Assembly (NCBI GenBank): GCA_963750165.1
Contig: CAVVPN010000003.1
Span: 544,001-608,000, forward strand
DNA from: an uncultured Gemmataceae bacterium
GTDB taxonomy: Bacteria; Planctomycetota; Planctomycetia; Gemmatales; Gemmataceae
Direction of reading: 5' to 3'
DNA: 64,000 bases
Shown: piece after piece, positions 31,301-40,825 of the stretch
How the letters are laid out: each line of letters starts with the position of its first letter
Numbering within the stretch: the first letter of the stretch is position 1
Program-made: the position numbers and the translations under genes
Notes under the pieces: model-generated
Seen by the model: the letters and a program-made list of their open reading frames with translations, nothing else
Database searches by the model: none
Told to the model about the DNA's origin: nothing

Positions 31301-34300
31301 CACGCTGTCGTGCCAGTTCGGCGCGTTGGTCGGCACGGTCCCCTGGTTGATGATCGTGAAGCTCAGGGACACGGTCCCGCCGGCCTGGCCGGTCGTGGGG
31401 GCCGAAACGGACTGGACCTGGAGGTCCGGTTCGGCCGGCAGCGCCAGGGTGATCGGGGTCGGGTCGGAGAGCGTGGGGTTTGCCGTCGCGCCCCCCTCGT
31501 ACAAGGTTCCGGTGGAGTTGGTCGTCACCGCGAGCTGGAACACGCCCTGGACGTTCTGCGGCAACTGGACCTGTTCGGTGCGGGTGTACGACAGGCCCGA
31601 CTGGAGCGGGTAGGGGTAGACGAAGCTGCCGAGCGAGTACGAGGTGCCAGTGCCGCCCACCTGCTTCAGGGTCAGTTGATCGGCCCAGGAACCAGAGGCG
31701 GCGCCGGGACCGACGTTCTGCACGGTCCAGGTAACGTCGATCTTGTCGCCGGCGTTCGCCTGGGACACCGACGCGCTCAGGGCGGTGGGGGTGAGGGCCG
31801 GCGCGGGGGTCACTGTCACCGCGACCGGTCCGCTGACGGCGGTGTTGTTGTTCGTGTAAACGAACTCGTACGGTCCGCCGGTGTGGACTACCAGGTAGTA
31901 CGTGCCGGCGGCCAGAGTCAAGGGGAGGGTGACGGTGGCCGTTTCGGTGTAGCTCCCGTCCACCGCCAGCGCGCCCGTGTGGCCTAAGGCGCCCAGGTCG
32001 GTGACGATATTTTGCCCGGCGGGGTCACTGGCCAGGCTGACGTCGTCCTCCCACGAGTCGGTGTTGGTGACGCCGATCCCCTGGTTGGTGACCGTGTACG
32101 TGACCGACACCGGCTGGCCCGTGGCGCTGTTGGCCTGAGCGCTGATCGACGACACGACCAGGTCGGCGTAGGGCGTGGGCGAGATGTCGGAAACGTTCAG
32201 CGCTTCGGCGAAATTGTTGGTCGTCGAGCCATTCTCGAACACCGTGCCGGTCGCGTTCGTCTGGACGAAGATGTAGTACTGCCCCTCGAAGTGCGGGGGG
32301 AGTGTGATCGTCTGGGACTGCGGGTACGAGCCGTTCACCGCCAGGAGGCCGGTGTGGGGGAACGTGGCCAGGGTCTGCCCGTCGGCCGGGTTGTTGTCCG
32401 GGGAGGCGATGACCGCATCGACCCAACTGGCGACCGTGCCGGGGCTGGTCCCCTGGTTGGTCACCGTCCAGCCAACTGTGATCTGCGCCGGATCACCCAC
32501 GATCCGCGTCGGCGCGTTCACGTTCGAGGCAGCCAGGTCGGCGTAGGGTGCCAGCGCCGCCGTCACACTCACCGGCGGGGGCGTGTTGTTGCTCGTGGCC
32601 GTGCTGGTGCCGCCCGGTCCGGCGGTGTTGTACTCGAACACCTGGTTGTAATCATTCGTCGTGACCGTCACCTGAATCTGACCGGCCCCGGCCGAACCGA
32701 GCGGCAGGGTGTAGTTGAACGCCCGCGCCACCGAACCGCCGACGGCGATAGGCCCGTTGCCCGCAGCAGTCGGATCATACGGGAGGTCAGCGGTGGCGAG
32801 CGTCAGGCCGGTGGTCAGGTTCTTGACGACGACGTGATCCGTGAAGGCTCCCGTCACCGGTCCGGTGCCGGTGTCGGCGTCGATCCAGGTGACCGCGAGC
32901 GTCCCGCCCGATTGCAAGCCGGTCGTCGGGCCCACGGTCAAGCCGGTCACCTGCAGGTCCGGGTAGGGTGGGAGCGTCGAGGTGACGTCGGTGCTGAGGG
33001 CGTTGTTGCCGTAGGCGGCATTGCCGCTGGCGTCGTACTCCTTCACCGTGTGGTAGGTGTCAGTGGTCACGGTGATGCGAATGTCACCGGCGCCAGCGCT
33101 CCCGGTCGGGAGTGTGAAGGCGTTCATCTGGGCGCTCGTCCCGCCGACCGCGAGGGCCGCGTTCACGGCCACCACATCGGAGAACAGGGGGGTGAGGCTG
33201 TCGTCGGCGTTCACCTTCTGCGCGGTCACGCTGTCGTAGAGGATCCCGCTGGTGGGTGCGTCGCCCACGTTTTCGTCGGTCCAGGCGACGGTGACCCGCC
33301 CGCCCGCCTGCGGAGCGGGCGGGGTCACACTCAGCGACCCGCCCAGGACCGTCAGGTCGGCGTAGTTGGCGAGGGTCGAAGTCAATGATGTCGAGGTGGT
33401 GTTGTCGGTGAGAACGTTCGTGGTCGGGCTGTACTCGCCGAGCGAGTTGGTCGAGTTGACCGTGACGGTAACCTGGAAGGTGCCGGTCCCGGCCGCGCCG
33501 TCCGGCAGGATGAAGGTGGCCGACTTTTGCATTTGCGCCGGGCTGGAGGGTAGCGCCGCCGAACGGTACGGAGACGGTGGCGACCGTGGCGTTCGTGGCG
33601 ATGTTCACGACCGAGAGGGCATCGTACCACGAGCCGCTGGCGGCCAGGGCCCCCGAATTGGTGTCGGTCCAGTTCACAGTGACCTGATTGCCCGACTGCG
33701 CTTGCACGGGGGAAGCGATCGTCAGGTTGCTGACCGCCAGGTCGCGGATGACGTCAAGGGTGACCGAACTGGTGTCGTTCTGAACCGCGCTGGTGTGGCC
33801 GGACGGGTTGTACTCGTAAACGGACTGGTCTGAGTTGGTGGTGACACTCACCTGGTAGCGGCCTGCACCGTTGACCGTGTAACTGCCGGTGGCCGGCAGC
33901 GTGTGGGCGGCGCTGCCACCGACCCCCAGCGGGCCGGAGAAGCTCAGGACCGTATCGACATCCGTGACCCCGGTGGTCAGGTTCTGGATGACCAGGTGCT
34001 CCTTCCAGCCCGAGGGCAGATTACCCGTGCCGTTGTTGACCGTGCTCCAGGAGACGGTGAAGGTGCCGTCCGAGTTTACCCCACTGACCGCGAGGTTCTG
34101 CACCACCAGGTCCACGTACGTGGCCGGGTTGACCGTGAGCGCCACGGTGGCCGGCTGGCTCACCAGGCCGCTGGCGGTATCGGTAACCGTGTACTGGAAC
34201 GAATCGGCGCCGGTGTAGCCGCCGGTTGGGGTGTACGTCAGGTTCGGCCCGTCTCCGCTGAGCTGGCCGCTGGTGGGTGGGCTGGTGACGGTGTACGAGA

Positions 34301-37300
34301 GCGGGTCGCCGTTCGGGGCAGTCCCGGAGAGGGTGAGCGCCTGGGGCGTGTTCTCGTTCACCGACACCGATTGGCCGGCAGCCGTCGGCGGCGGGACGAC
34401 GGTGATCGACACCGTGCCGGTGCCGCTGACGTATCCCGTGTCGGCGTCGGTGACCGTGTACTGGAACAAATCCGGGCCGGTGTACCCGTTCGTTGGGGTG
34501 TACGTCAGGTACGGTGCGGTCCCGGAGAGCTGGCCGTGCGTGGGCTGACCAGTGACGGTGTAGGTCAGCGGGTCGCCGCTCGGATCGGACGCGCTCAGGG
34601 TGATCGTGTGGCTTGCGTTTTCACCGGCCACGGCGGAGAGGTCCGAGGGAACCGGGGGTGCGACAACCATGAACGTTCCCGAACTCAAGCCGCTGGTGGC
34701 ACTGCCGAGGAACTCAGGCCCCGGCGTGTAGGTCGCCACCACTGAGTAGGTGCCGATGGCCGCGCTGCCCGGGAGAGTGAAGGCGGCGCTGGCACTGCCG
34801 GCGGCGACCGTGCCGCTCGTGACCGGCGAACCGACCGGGTCGTTGCCAAGATCGTACACCTGGAACGTGACGGTCCCCTCGTTGACGGGGAACGTGTTGT
34901 CGCGGTTGGTGACGGTGGCGGTGAGGGTGATCGACTGAGCGCTCGCGCCGGTCGTGAGCCGGTTCGGGACGACTGCGGAGACGGTCGCCGCCGTGTCGAG
35001 CGGCGCGATGGCGACCTGGGACGAGGACTTCGTGAGGGTCCCGCTGGTGGCGACGAGTTGGTAGGTGCCGGCCTGCGCGACCGACAGGGTGGTGAACGTG
35101 GTGGTGCCGCCGCTGGCGGTCTGGGTCGTGGTTCCAGTCAACGCGGAGGGGTTGGACGATAGCGCCAGCGTCACTTGCCCTCCGTAGGTGGTCTCCAGGT
35201 TGCCGACGCGGTCCTCGGCGAGCACGGTGACCGTGCCCAGGTTGTCGCCGACATGCGCGCTGGCCGCCGGCTGGGTGAGGAACACGAGCTTGGCCGGCAC
35301 GTCCGGGGTGATGGTGAACAGCGGTGCGGAGGCGACCGCGCCGAGGCTCGGGCTGGACGCCGAGAGCTGATAGCCCGTGGCCGCCGTGTCGATGATCAGG
35401 TTGCTGAACGTGGCGATGCCGCCGGAGACGGTGGCCGACACGGTGCTGGCCGGGTCGAACCCGTTCTGGTTGAGCGTCAGGGTGATGACGTCGGTGTTGT
35501 CGGACGTGATCGGGTTACCGGCCCCGTCGAGCACTTCCACCTGGACGGGGTTCGTTGGGTTCAGTTCCTGGCCGGCCGTGCCGCTGGTCGGTTCGGTGAG
35601 GAACTTGAGCCGGGCCGTGTTGACCACCAGGTTCAGGTTGGTGCTGTTGAACTGCTCCCCGAGCACGTTGCCACCGCCCAGGTAGAACCCCGTCCGGGTG
35701 GCGAAGTCGCCACCCTCGGAGGCATACGTGAGCACCTGGTACTGGTCGCCGGACTGCGGGGTGAACCCGTTCACCTCGGTCACGTTGACCGTCCCGCCGA
35801 GGTCCGCCGCGCCGCCGACCGCGAGCTGGTCGTAGTCCGTGCCCGGCGTGTTGCGGCCGCCGACCTTCACGTTGAAGCTGCCCGCGGCGGTCTGGGTGTA
35901 CGAGCCGTTGATGGTGATCCGGCCGGGGGTAGTGCCTGTGCCGGGGCTGACGACGCCGGCGTTGGAGACGTTGGCGTTGATACTGCCCGAGCCGGTGAGT
36001 GTCCCTCCGAGAATGGCCACCGGGGCGCCGGCCGCGAGGACGCCGCCGCTGAGCGTCGTGCTCCCCGATGTTTGCACGTAGGCGCCGAGCGGCGTCCCCT
36101 GGATTTGAACCGCGTCGATTTCCTCCCAGCCGCTGAGGTTATGGTTGGTGTTCACGTAGATCTTGACGCCGTTGACAGGGTAAGAGGTCGTCGTCCAGGT
36201 GGGTGAGAAGACGACAGGGCTGCCCGGCTGACTGGGGTCGGTTCCTGTCCAGACGGTGTGCAGCCCGCCGTTGAGGTCCTCGACGTCCACTTGCGTGACG
36301 AAGCCGTTGCCGTCGGTTTCCCAGATATTGACGCCGTTGCTGTAAACGGGCGTGTTGAATCCGAGCGTCAGGTACTCCTGGGTACCGTTTTCCGACGAAG
36401 GCGACCACGCCGTGGAGTAATCGCCGTAGGAGGGAGTATTCGGTGCTCCAAGCGCCTGGGCGGCCGACCAGTTTGTGGTGCTGTACTGGGAGCTGAACCC
36501 GAGTACGCTGCTGGCGTAGAGGGTGCCGGCGGGAACCGTCAGAGTGCTTCCCGTATTGACCGTAACCTGCCCCTCGTTGGTGAGCGGGCCGGCCGTGGTC
36601 AGGTTGTATCCATTCCGGATGGTGAAGCTGCCCGTCGTCGTGATCGCGTCAAAGTTCGCCAGCGCGTTGGCGCCGTTCTGATCGACGATGGCCGCGGAAG
36701 AGCCGTCGAGGATGAGGTTCGCCGCATCCGTCTGGATGTTCGCGCTGGTGAACTGGAGCGTGCCCTTGATGAGGTAGGTGCCGCCAGTGAGCGTCGTTCC
36801 GGAGAAGTTGGTAAACGTCCCCGTCAGGTCGAGAGTTCCCGTTTCGACGTCAACCGTGCCGGCGTTGTTAAGGGCGGTGTAAACGGTGGTGGTGTTGGTG
36901 GCGTCGTCCGTGAGGGTGCCCTGGTTGACGAACGTGCTGTTGCCCTGGCTGTCCTGCCAGTACAGTTGGGCGACCCCCTGGGCGTCGAGGGTGGCCCCTT
37001 GCGCGTTGGTGAAGGTGCTGGCGTTCTCCTGGTAGAACTCATTGTAGATGTAGTAGTACGCGGTGCTGCCGGTCCACACCCCGGCTCCGGCGTTGGTGAA
37101 CGACCGCCCGCTCAGGTACTCGTAGTGGTAGTTCCCGTTCGACGCCCCGAGCTGCAGCCCGCCCTGGGCCACCGTCGATCCCGTGCCCGACATCGTGCCC
37201 CCCGTCCACACCGTCTGACCGGTCACCGTCACCGCGTCCGAGCCCGTCAGCGTCCCTCCCGTCATGGTCAGGGCGCCGAGGGTGATCGACGACCCGGTGC

Positions 37301-40300
37301 TGAAGTTGAGCGTGCCGTTGCTGATCGCCACGGCCCCGACGGCCTGGACGGTGACGCCGGCGCCGAAGTCGGCGGCCCCGTTGACGGCGGTGGCGTTGGT
37401 GATGTCGTAGGTCGTCCCGCTGGCGAACGTGGTGGCGCGCCCCGAACTCGGCGGTGCCCGCCCCGGACACCGCGGCCCCGCCGTTGAGCGCGAAGGTCCC
37501 ACCGTCGAAGCCCAGCGTGGCGCCGGCGGCGACGGTGAAGTTCCCGGTGTCGGTGCTGCCGCCCTGCAGGCTCAGGGTGCCGGCGTTCACCTGGACGGCG
37601 CCGGAGCTGTTGAGGGCAGTGTAAACGGTGGTGGTGTTGGTGTTGTCGTCCGTGAGGGTGCCCTGGTTGACGAACGTGCTGTTGCCCTGGCTGTTCTGCC
37701 AGTACAGCTGGGCGATCCCCTGGGCGTCGAGGGTGGCCCCGGGGGCGTTGGTGAAGGTGCTGGCGTTCTCCTGGTAGAACTCATTGTAGATGTAGTAGTA
37801 CGCGGTGCTGCTGGTCCACACCCCGGCCCCGGCGTTGGTGAAGGCGCTGGCTCAGGTACTCGTAGTGGTAGTTCCCGTCCGACGCCCCGAGCTGCAGCCT
37901 GCCCTGGACCACCGTCGAACCCGAGCCACTCATCGTCCCACCTGTCCAGGTGGTCTGGCTGGTGACCGTCACCGCGTCCGAACCCGTCAGCGTCCCCCCC
38001 GTCATGGTCAGGGCGCCGAGGGTGATCGACGACCCGGTGCTGAAGTTGAGGGTGGATCCGTCGAGGAGCGTGGTGCCTCCGAAGTTGTCGGCGGCCCCGG
38101 TGCTGAAGTTGGCGGCGCCGGCCCCGAACTCGGCGGTCCCGGACCCGGTGAACGAGGCCCCGCCGTTGAACGCGAAGGTCCCGCCGTCGAAGCCCAGCGT
38201 GGCGCCGGCGGCGACGGTGAAGCTCCCGGTGTCGGTGCTGCCGCCCTGCAGGCTCAGGGTGCCGGCGTTCACCTGGACCGTGCCGGCGTTGTTCAGTGGG
38301 ATGTCAATGTTGGTGGTGTTGGTGTTGTCGTTCTCAAGGGTGCCCTGGTTGACGAACGTGCTGTTGCCCTGGCTGTTCTGCCAGTACAGCTGGGCGATCC
38401 CCTGGGCGTCGAGGGTGGCCCCGGGGGCGTTGGTGAAGGTGCTGGCGTTCTCCTGGTAGAACTCATTGTAGATGTAGTAGTACGCGGTGCTGCTGGTCCA
38501 CACCCCGGCCCCGGCGTTGGTGAAGGTGCGCTGGCTCAGGTACTCGTAGTGGTAGCTCCCGTCCGACGCCCCGAGCTGCAGCCTGCCCTGGGCCACCGTC
38601 GAACCCGTCCCCGACATCGTCCCGCCCGTCCAGGTCAGTTGCCCGGTCACGGTGAGCGTCCCGGCGCCGGTCAGCGTCCCGCTCATCTGCGTCAGGTTGC
38701 CGAGGGCGACGGCGGCGTTCACGCCGAGGGTGCCGCCGTCGAGGAGCGCGGCGCCCGCGCCGGTCACCGCGGCGCCGACGTTGAGGTTGGTAGTGCCGTT
38801 GTCGAACCCGAGGGTGGCCCCGGCGGCGATGGCGAAACTCCCGGTGGCGGTACCGCCGCTCTGGAGCGAGAGCGTGCCAGCGTTCACCTGGACGGCGCCG
38901 GCATTGTTGAGGGCGGCGTAGAAATAGATGGTGTTGGTGGCGTCATCCTTGAGGGTGCCCTGGTTGGCGAAGGTGCTGTTGTTCTGGTCGTCGTACCAGT
39001 ACAGGGGAGCGACGCCCTGGGCGTCCAGGGTGGCCCCTGGCGCATTGGTGAAGGTGCTCCCGCTCTCCTGGTGGAACTGGTTGTAGATGTAGTTGTACGC
39101 GGTGCTGCTGGTCCACACCCCGGCCCCGGCGTTGGTGAAGGTGCGCTGGCTCAGGTACTCGTAGTGGTAGGTGTTGTCCGCCGCCCCGAGCTGCAGCCCG
39201 CCGTCGGCCACCGTCGCGCCCGTGCCCGACATCGTGCCCCCCGTCCAGATCAGTTGCCCGGTCACGATGAGCGTCCCGGCACCGGCCAGCATCCCGCTCG
39301 TTTGGGTCAGGTTGCCGAGGGCGACGGCAGCGTTCACGTTGAGGATGCCGCCATCGAGGAGGACGGTCCCGGTGAGCGCGGCGCCAGCGTTGAGGTCGGT
39401 GGTGCCGCTGTCGAACCCGAGAGTAGCTCCGGCGGCGATGGCGAAGTTCCCGGTGTCAGTGCCGCCGCCCTGGAGCGACAGGGTGCCGGCGTTCGCCTGG
39501 ACGGCGCCGGCGTTGTCCAGTGGGGTGTAAATGTAGGTGGTGTTGGTGGCGTCGTCCTTGAGCGTGCCCTGGTTGGCGAACGTGCTGTTGCCCTGGCTGT
39601 CCTGCCAGTACAGCGAGGCGAGGCCCTGGGCGTCCAGGGTGGCCCCCGGGGCGTTGGTGAAGGTGCTGGCGTCCTGCTGGTAGAACTCGTTGTAGATGTA
39701 GTTGAAGGCGGTGCTGCCGGTCCACACCCCGGCCCCGGCGTTGGTGAACGCGGCGCTGGCTCAGGTACTCGTAGTGGTAGGTGTTGTCCGCCGCCCCGAG
39801 CTGCAGCCCGCCCTGGGCCACCGTCGAACCCGTCCCCGACATCGTCCCACCCGTCCAGGTGGTATTGCCGGTGACGGTGACCGTTCCCGAACCGGTCAGC
39901 GTCCCGCTTGAAAAAGTCAAACTCCCTGCTGAAACGGCTGCGTCGGCCGTCAGCGTCCCACCGGTGATCGTCAAACTACTCAGGGACGAGTTCGAGGCGA
40001 GTGAGATGGACCCGGCGGAGAGAGACAGGACAGCCTGGCTCGTGATGCTGTGAACCGAGTCCGCGGCCGATGTAGCGTGCGTGACCGTGATACCGGACGT
40101 GTTGATGACGACATCGTCGGGCGCCCCGGGCACATAGTGCTGCCCCTGGGAGTCCTGCCAGTTGCTGGCTGTGTCCCAGTCGCCTCCCTGGGGATTGATC
40201 CAGGTGAGCGTGGCCGGCGCCAGGCGATCCTCCAGCCGCTCCAGGGCCAGCGGTGTCCGCGACCGAATGGACGGCTTTCGAGAGCGGCGACGCCCGGTGA

Positions 40301-40352
40301 GGGCAGTCGAGTTGGAACGCAGCCATTGCTTCCAGGAGAACTTGGACCCCAT
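12146..40352 (-). CDS. Giant (~9,400 aa) multidomain surface/secreted protein, split by 7 frameshifts
   Basis: Eight consecutive overlapping minus-strand ORFs read through as one protein across each junction; N-terminal RRR..LALERLEDRLAPA export motif; GAGG RBS; C-terminal dockerin-like repeat. Confidence 0.85.
22174..28680 (-). CDS. Giant protein segment: PPC, IPT, beta-propeller, Ig and multiple He_PIG repeats
   Basis: Repeated ATDPDGDPL.Y...GLP.GA.FD...G.F.WTP. Confidence 0.8.
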   Translation of the reverse strand: MIVRTDIFDQVPESNKLNNTTASADVVSVTVPELHLGVPLSTTLATGQTQLYQVTVAQGQTLRVDLTSSDPAASNELYLRYNAVPTGSVYDAIYQGPLQANQYAVIPSTKAGVYYVLVRGQSEPSGPTAVTLLAQVLPFEVTDVTPDNGGDSKYVTTTITGAQFSPDAVVKLVRPGFAEYEPASYQVVNSTTIVAIFDLTSAPHGLYDIEVINPDGSTAFAPYRYLVEQALPPDVTVGLGGPRVVWAGSSGLYGFTLQSLTNVDIPYVEFQYGIPALPLNPGDGSSPPVPYLGFTTNLGADSDPNVSGVAWDTAGNVINTGGEDLATGYAVNFADRSNIGLTFNVQTYPNGLPPGAGMNPPAETAFAFHIMAAATPLTGAEFVAQQTAFAEQLRQAILKDPTAAPGLQILAADATNWDALYLTALSQAGILQPVDVPPAVRANPLVPSLIATLSAGILAGPAGQQIITTGNLTQFFAQVRTWYGGDQTQVSPYIGTGEDLNPADDDGSGPYLQANTPPASMYDLQASQPTHFEAFNVYVPYANDFDAGPGDDDSAGSDVTHPENPNFVTVAPPNLTQYLSATAAQGQDTITGPYGFGVQQFVPVGHALPYTIQFANPAGASSTTNQIQIIEQLDPKLDPRSFRLGSLQIGDLSVNIPAGLGSFQGDFDYTDTKGFILRVSAGIDISSDAITWLIQAIDPNTGTLIQNPTRGLLPPNDASGAGEGFVTYTVQPLAGLATGTTISAQAQVQLNNAPPQTTNTATSTVDGTAPTTTLTVAPITPGGSDYNVQWTATDDPGGSGVKSVTVFVSEDGGDYQIWLDQTTATSGIYNGQAGHMYQFLALATDNAGNVEPPPPPLLVPDSGSGANLGTLPTVTTTQTSLGTPAQPTGQSTNALFTQAQQGIPASTPASNPSEFKSVLQPFSAQAFATGIGQSEAGIGPLALLPLPDHTVLASGGPARNQLFLFPSGGGTAGTPLATEPFPIYDMALDSAGNVWATTGGGPLVELNPTTVAVLGQWGDSLTQSLAIQPGTGLIYVSSGSGIEIFDPVAHTFRHYSDIRVGSLAFAPDGSLWAAAWPDSTNDVVRFDLTKPQSAVSPQVMLQFAAPVDSIAFGVSGSKLDGLLFVSHDEPDPGASGTELSMVDLATLQQVAVATGGTRGDELKTSADGRVFLSQTNQIDVISPIQPPLVSSTNPPAQGLVALPLGSLSVTFDEDMLADSPTDPNSVTNPANYTLVGDNAGPITISGVTYAAATRTAVLTFDSLAPDHYTLTVGIGVEAANGLTLVSPYATDFRAVADATALVTIHFANGRADAVTQTYSYDITLTNITGYDILAPFVLTFDSLGPTDARVLNLPGQQSPTGTWWVDLSSAVAGGRLTPGQTSAPITITFSDPSGLRPSFQTGALAMPAPSAPPIIDSQPVATGAVGQEYQYQVAAHDPNDAALSYLLYQGPAGMTIDPRSGLITWTPTVASPGQASVIVEVYNSRGSHAQQTFTVSVSGVNAPPVFTSLPAIENGQEGQQLQIAVSATDPADNPLVYWADNLPPGAVFDEQQQTLTWTPAAGQAGTYLNVTFFVSDGISTVSETTTLLIAPTVQPPAIQRPADRTVLEGESIHIPLAATDPNGLALTYSSAFLPGGAYLDPNTGVFDWTPGYDQHGVYQVPFTVNNGQQSTTVTTTFTVLNVNAPPVFDNLGGWRVAEGQDITFLAFATDPNNPGFIPQDRTANGTLTPLEGTNPTITYTVSGLPADATFDPVTAEFNWRTGYTDAGTYNVTFTATNDGDGTGTPLSTSVTVPITVLNVNQAPVVPTIANQTVNGGATLALPVTATDPDGDPLKLTVTGLPTFATFMDNGDGTGQFQFAPGLSDRGNYTITLTATDNGDGNGRYAILSTSQSFVLSVNVPNEPPHLVPTGDKVAVIGQPLQFTLQATDGDQDPLTFSALGLPGTATLTPTNTYGQAVFAWTPADADAGMDTVVFQVADNGNNGAGPVLGDEQTVHITVRASDDAPMFPPVNPQAVVAGQPFSVTVAATDADGNALTYAATGLPPGAAIDPRTGTITWTPNTFEEGNYTIGVTASDGYLSASTTVSVTVAHLNQAPTLVPLVPQSGARGRRSSSPSSPATRTATRLPTAPPGSRPARRSTILRASSSGPRTTFRRATTRSSSVPPMRPG
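28677..33532 (-). CDS. Giant protein segments with tandem CARDB repeats (ORFs 28677-30167 and 29900-33532)
   Basis: Repeated PDL.V...VTWTV.N.G...W.D.VYLS. Confidence 0.8.
33084..37502 (-). CDS. Giant protein segment: beta-helix end, discoidin-like insert, Ig-like and CARDB domains
   Basis: ORF translation; GVVSPG..PG.ITINGSYTQ beta-helix cap. Confidence 0.8.
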   Translation of the reverse strand: MGPSRSTAGPRCPGRAPPSSGRATTFASGTTYDITNATAVNGAADFGAGVTVQAVGAVAISNGTLNFSTGSSITLGALTMTGGTLTGSDAVTVTGQTVWTGGTMSGTGSTVAQGGLQLGASNGNYHYEYLSGRSFTNAGAGVWTGSTAYYYIYNEFYQENASTFTNAQGATLDAQGVAQLYWQDSQGNSTFVNQGTLTDDATNTTTVYTALNNAGTVDVETGTLDLTGTFTNFSGTTLTGGTYLIKGTLQFTSANIQTDAANLILDGSSAAIVDQNGANALANFDAITTTGSFTIRNGYNLTTAGPLTNEGQVTVNTGSTLTVPAGTLYASSVLGFSSQYSTTNWSAAQALGAPNTPSYGDYSTAWSPSSENGTQEYLTLGFNTPVYSNGVNIWETDGNGFVTQVDVEDLNGGLHTVWTGTDPSQPGSPVVFSPTWTTTSYPVNGVKIYVNTNHNLSGWEEIDAVQIQGTPLGAYVQTSGSTTLSGGVLAAGAPVAILGGTLTGSGSINANVSNAGVVSPGTGTTPGRITINGSYTQTAAGSFNVKVGGRNTPGTDYDQLAVGGAADLGGTVNVTEVNGFTPQSGDQYQVLTYASEGGDFATRTGFYLGGGNVLGEQFNSTNLNLVVNTARLKFLTEPTSGTAGQELNPTNPVQVEVLDGAGNPITSDNTDVITLTLNQNGFDPASTVSATVSGGIATFSNLIIDTAATGYQLSASSPSLGAVASAPLFTITPDVPAKLVFLTQPAASAHVGDNLGTVTVLAEDRVGNLETTYGGQVTLALSSNPSALTGTTTQTASGGTTTFTTLSVAQAGTYQLVATSGTLTKSSSQVAIAPLDTAATVSAVVPNRLTTGASAQSITLTATVTNRDNTFPVNEGTVTFQVYDLGNDPVGSPVTSGTVAAGSASAAFTLPGSAAIGTYSVVATYTPGPEFLGSATSGLSSGTFMVVAPPVPSDLSAVAGENASHTITLSASDPSGDPLTYTVTGQPTHGQLSGTAPYLTYTPTNGYTGPDLFQYTVTDADTGYVSGTGTVSITVVPPPTAAGQSVSVNENTPQALTLSGTAPNGDPLSYTVTSPPTSGQLSGDGPNLTYTPTGGYTGADSFQYTVTDTASGLVSQPATVALTVNPATYVDLVVQNLAVSGVNSDGTFTVSWSTVNNGTGNLPSGWKEHLVIQNLTTGVTDVDTVLSFSGPLGVGGSAAHTLPATGSYTVNGAGRYQVSVTTNSDQSVYEYNPSGHTSAVQNDTSSVTLDVIRDLAVSNLTIASPVQAQSGNQVTVNWTDTNSGALAASGSWYDALSVVNIATNATVATVSVPFGGATLQPGANAKVGHLHPAGRRGRDRHLPGYRHGQLDQLARRVQPDHERSHRQHHLDIIDFDPRQLRRPDGPGRVAECDPARSAGGRAGHRRLDRRKRGRRTHQRDPLRQRDRAEGERRRQPHPPVLRCGGRERGPRGRRDERPDERLHTPDRERWRR
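36840..39860 (-). repeat. Five tandem ~200-245 aa beta-helix repeats in the giant gene
   Basis: WTGGTMSG.G.TV..G.LQLGA....YHYEYLS.R.FTNAGAGVWT.STA..YIYN.F.Q begins at ~39857, 39247, 38632, 37948 and 37208. Confidence 0.9.
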
Positions 40353-40825
40353 GGCGATATTTCCTCGTTTGAGAGATCACGCGGAATCCCGGGTGCGGCC
40401 TGGGGACAGCGAGGTACTCGGGGAGGAGTCACCACGTTCAGGATGTACCACGAGCCCGCAAGGGAGGACAGAGGCACCACGATCACATGCTAATGTTCCT
40501 GCCGTCGGCTCTCCGGTCGTCTCGAAAACCGGCTGTCCGATTCAGGTCAACCCCGTCGCATCAGGAAGTTCCACAAGCTTGAGCGCGAGGCCATCTCCCC
40601 TGCAGGAGGGAGGAGATAGGAATTAAGTTCTCAGCGGAAAAGGAACGAGAGTGTAAGGACTGCAAAGAAGGGAGGGCGAAGAGGCGCTCCGTGAGCGATC
40701 CCAGCGTTCTCCGTTAAACTTTGCTGGTCCGTGGGCCTTGGGTTAGGTTAAGTAAGAAGGAATTTAGAACCTCGCACCAACCGTGTCAAGGATAATCCCT
40801 AACACATTTTGCTTTTTTCTGACGG

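Noticed and set aside
22360..39760. Programmed frameshifting or phase variation in the giant gene
   Set aside because: No slippery heptamers or simple repeats; the same kind of indel hits unrelated genes, favouring sequencing error
36840..39860. Diversity-generating retroelement TR/VR pair
   Set aside because: Repeats are in-frame protein repeats, differences are not confined to adenines, and no reverse transcriptase is in the window
12152..39874. Long + strand ORFs (e.g. 12152-14266, 19334-21418, 25519-27828, 37805-39874)
   Set aside because: Antisense shadows of the GC-rich giant gene, with no recognisable motifs
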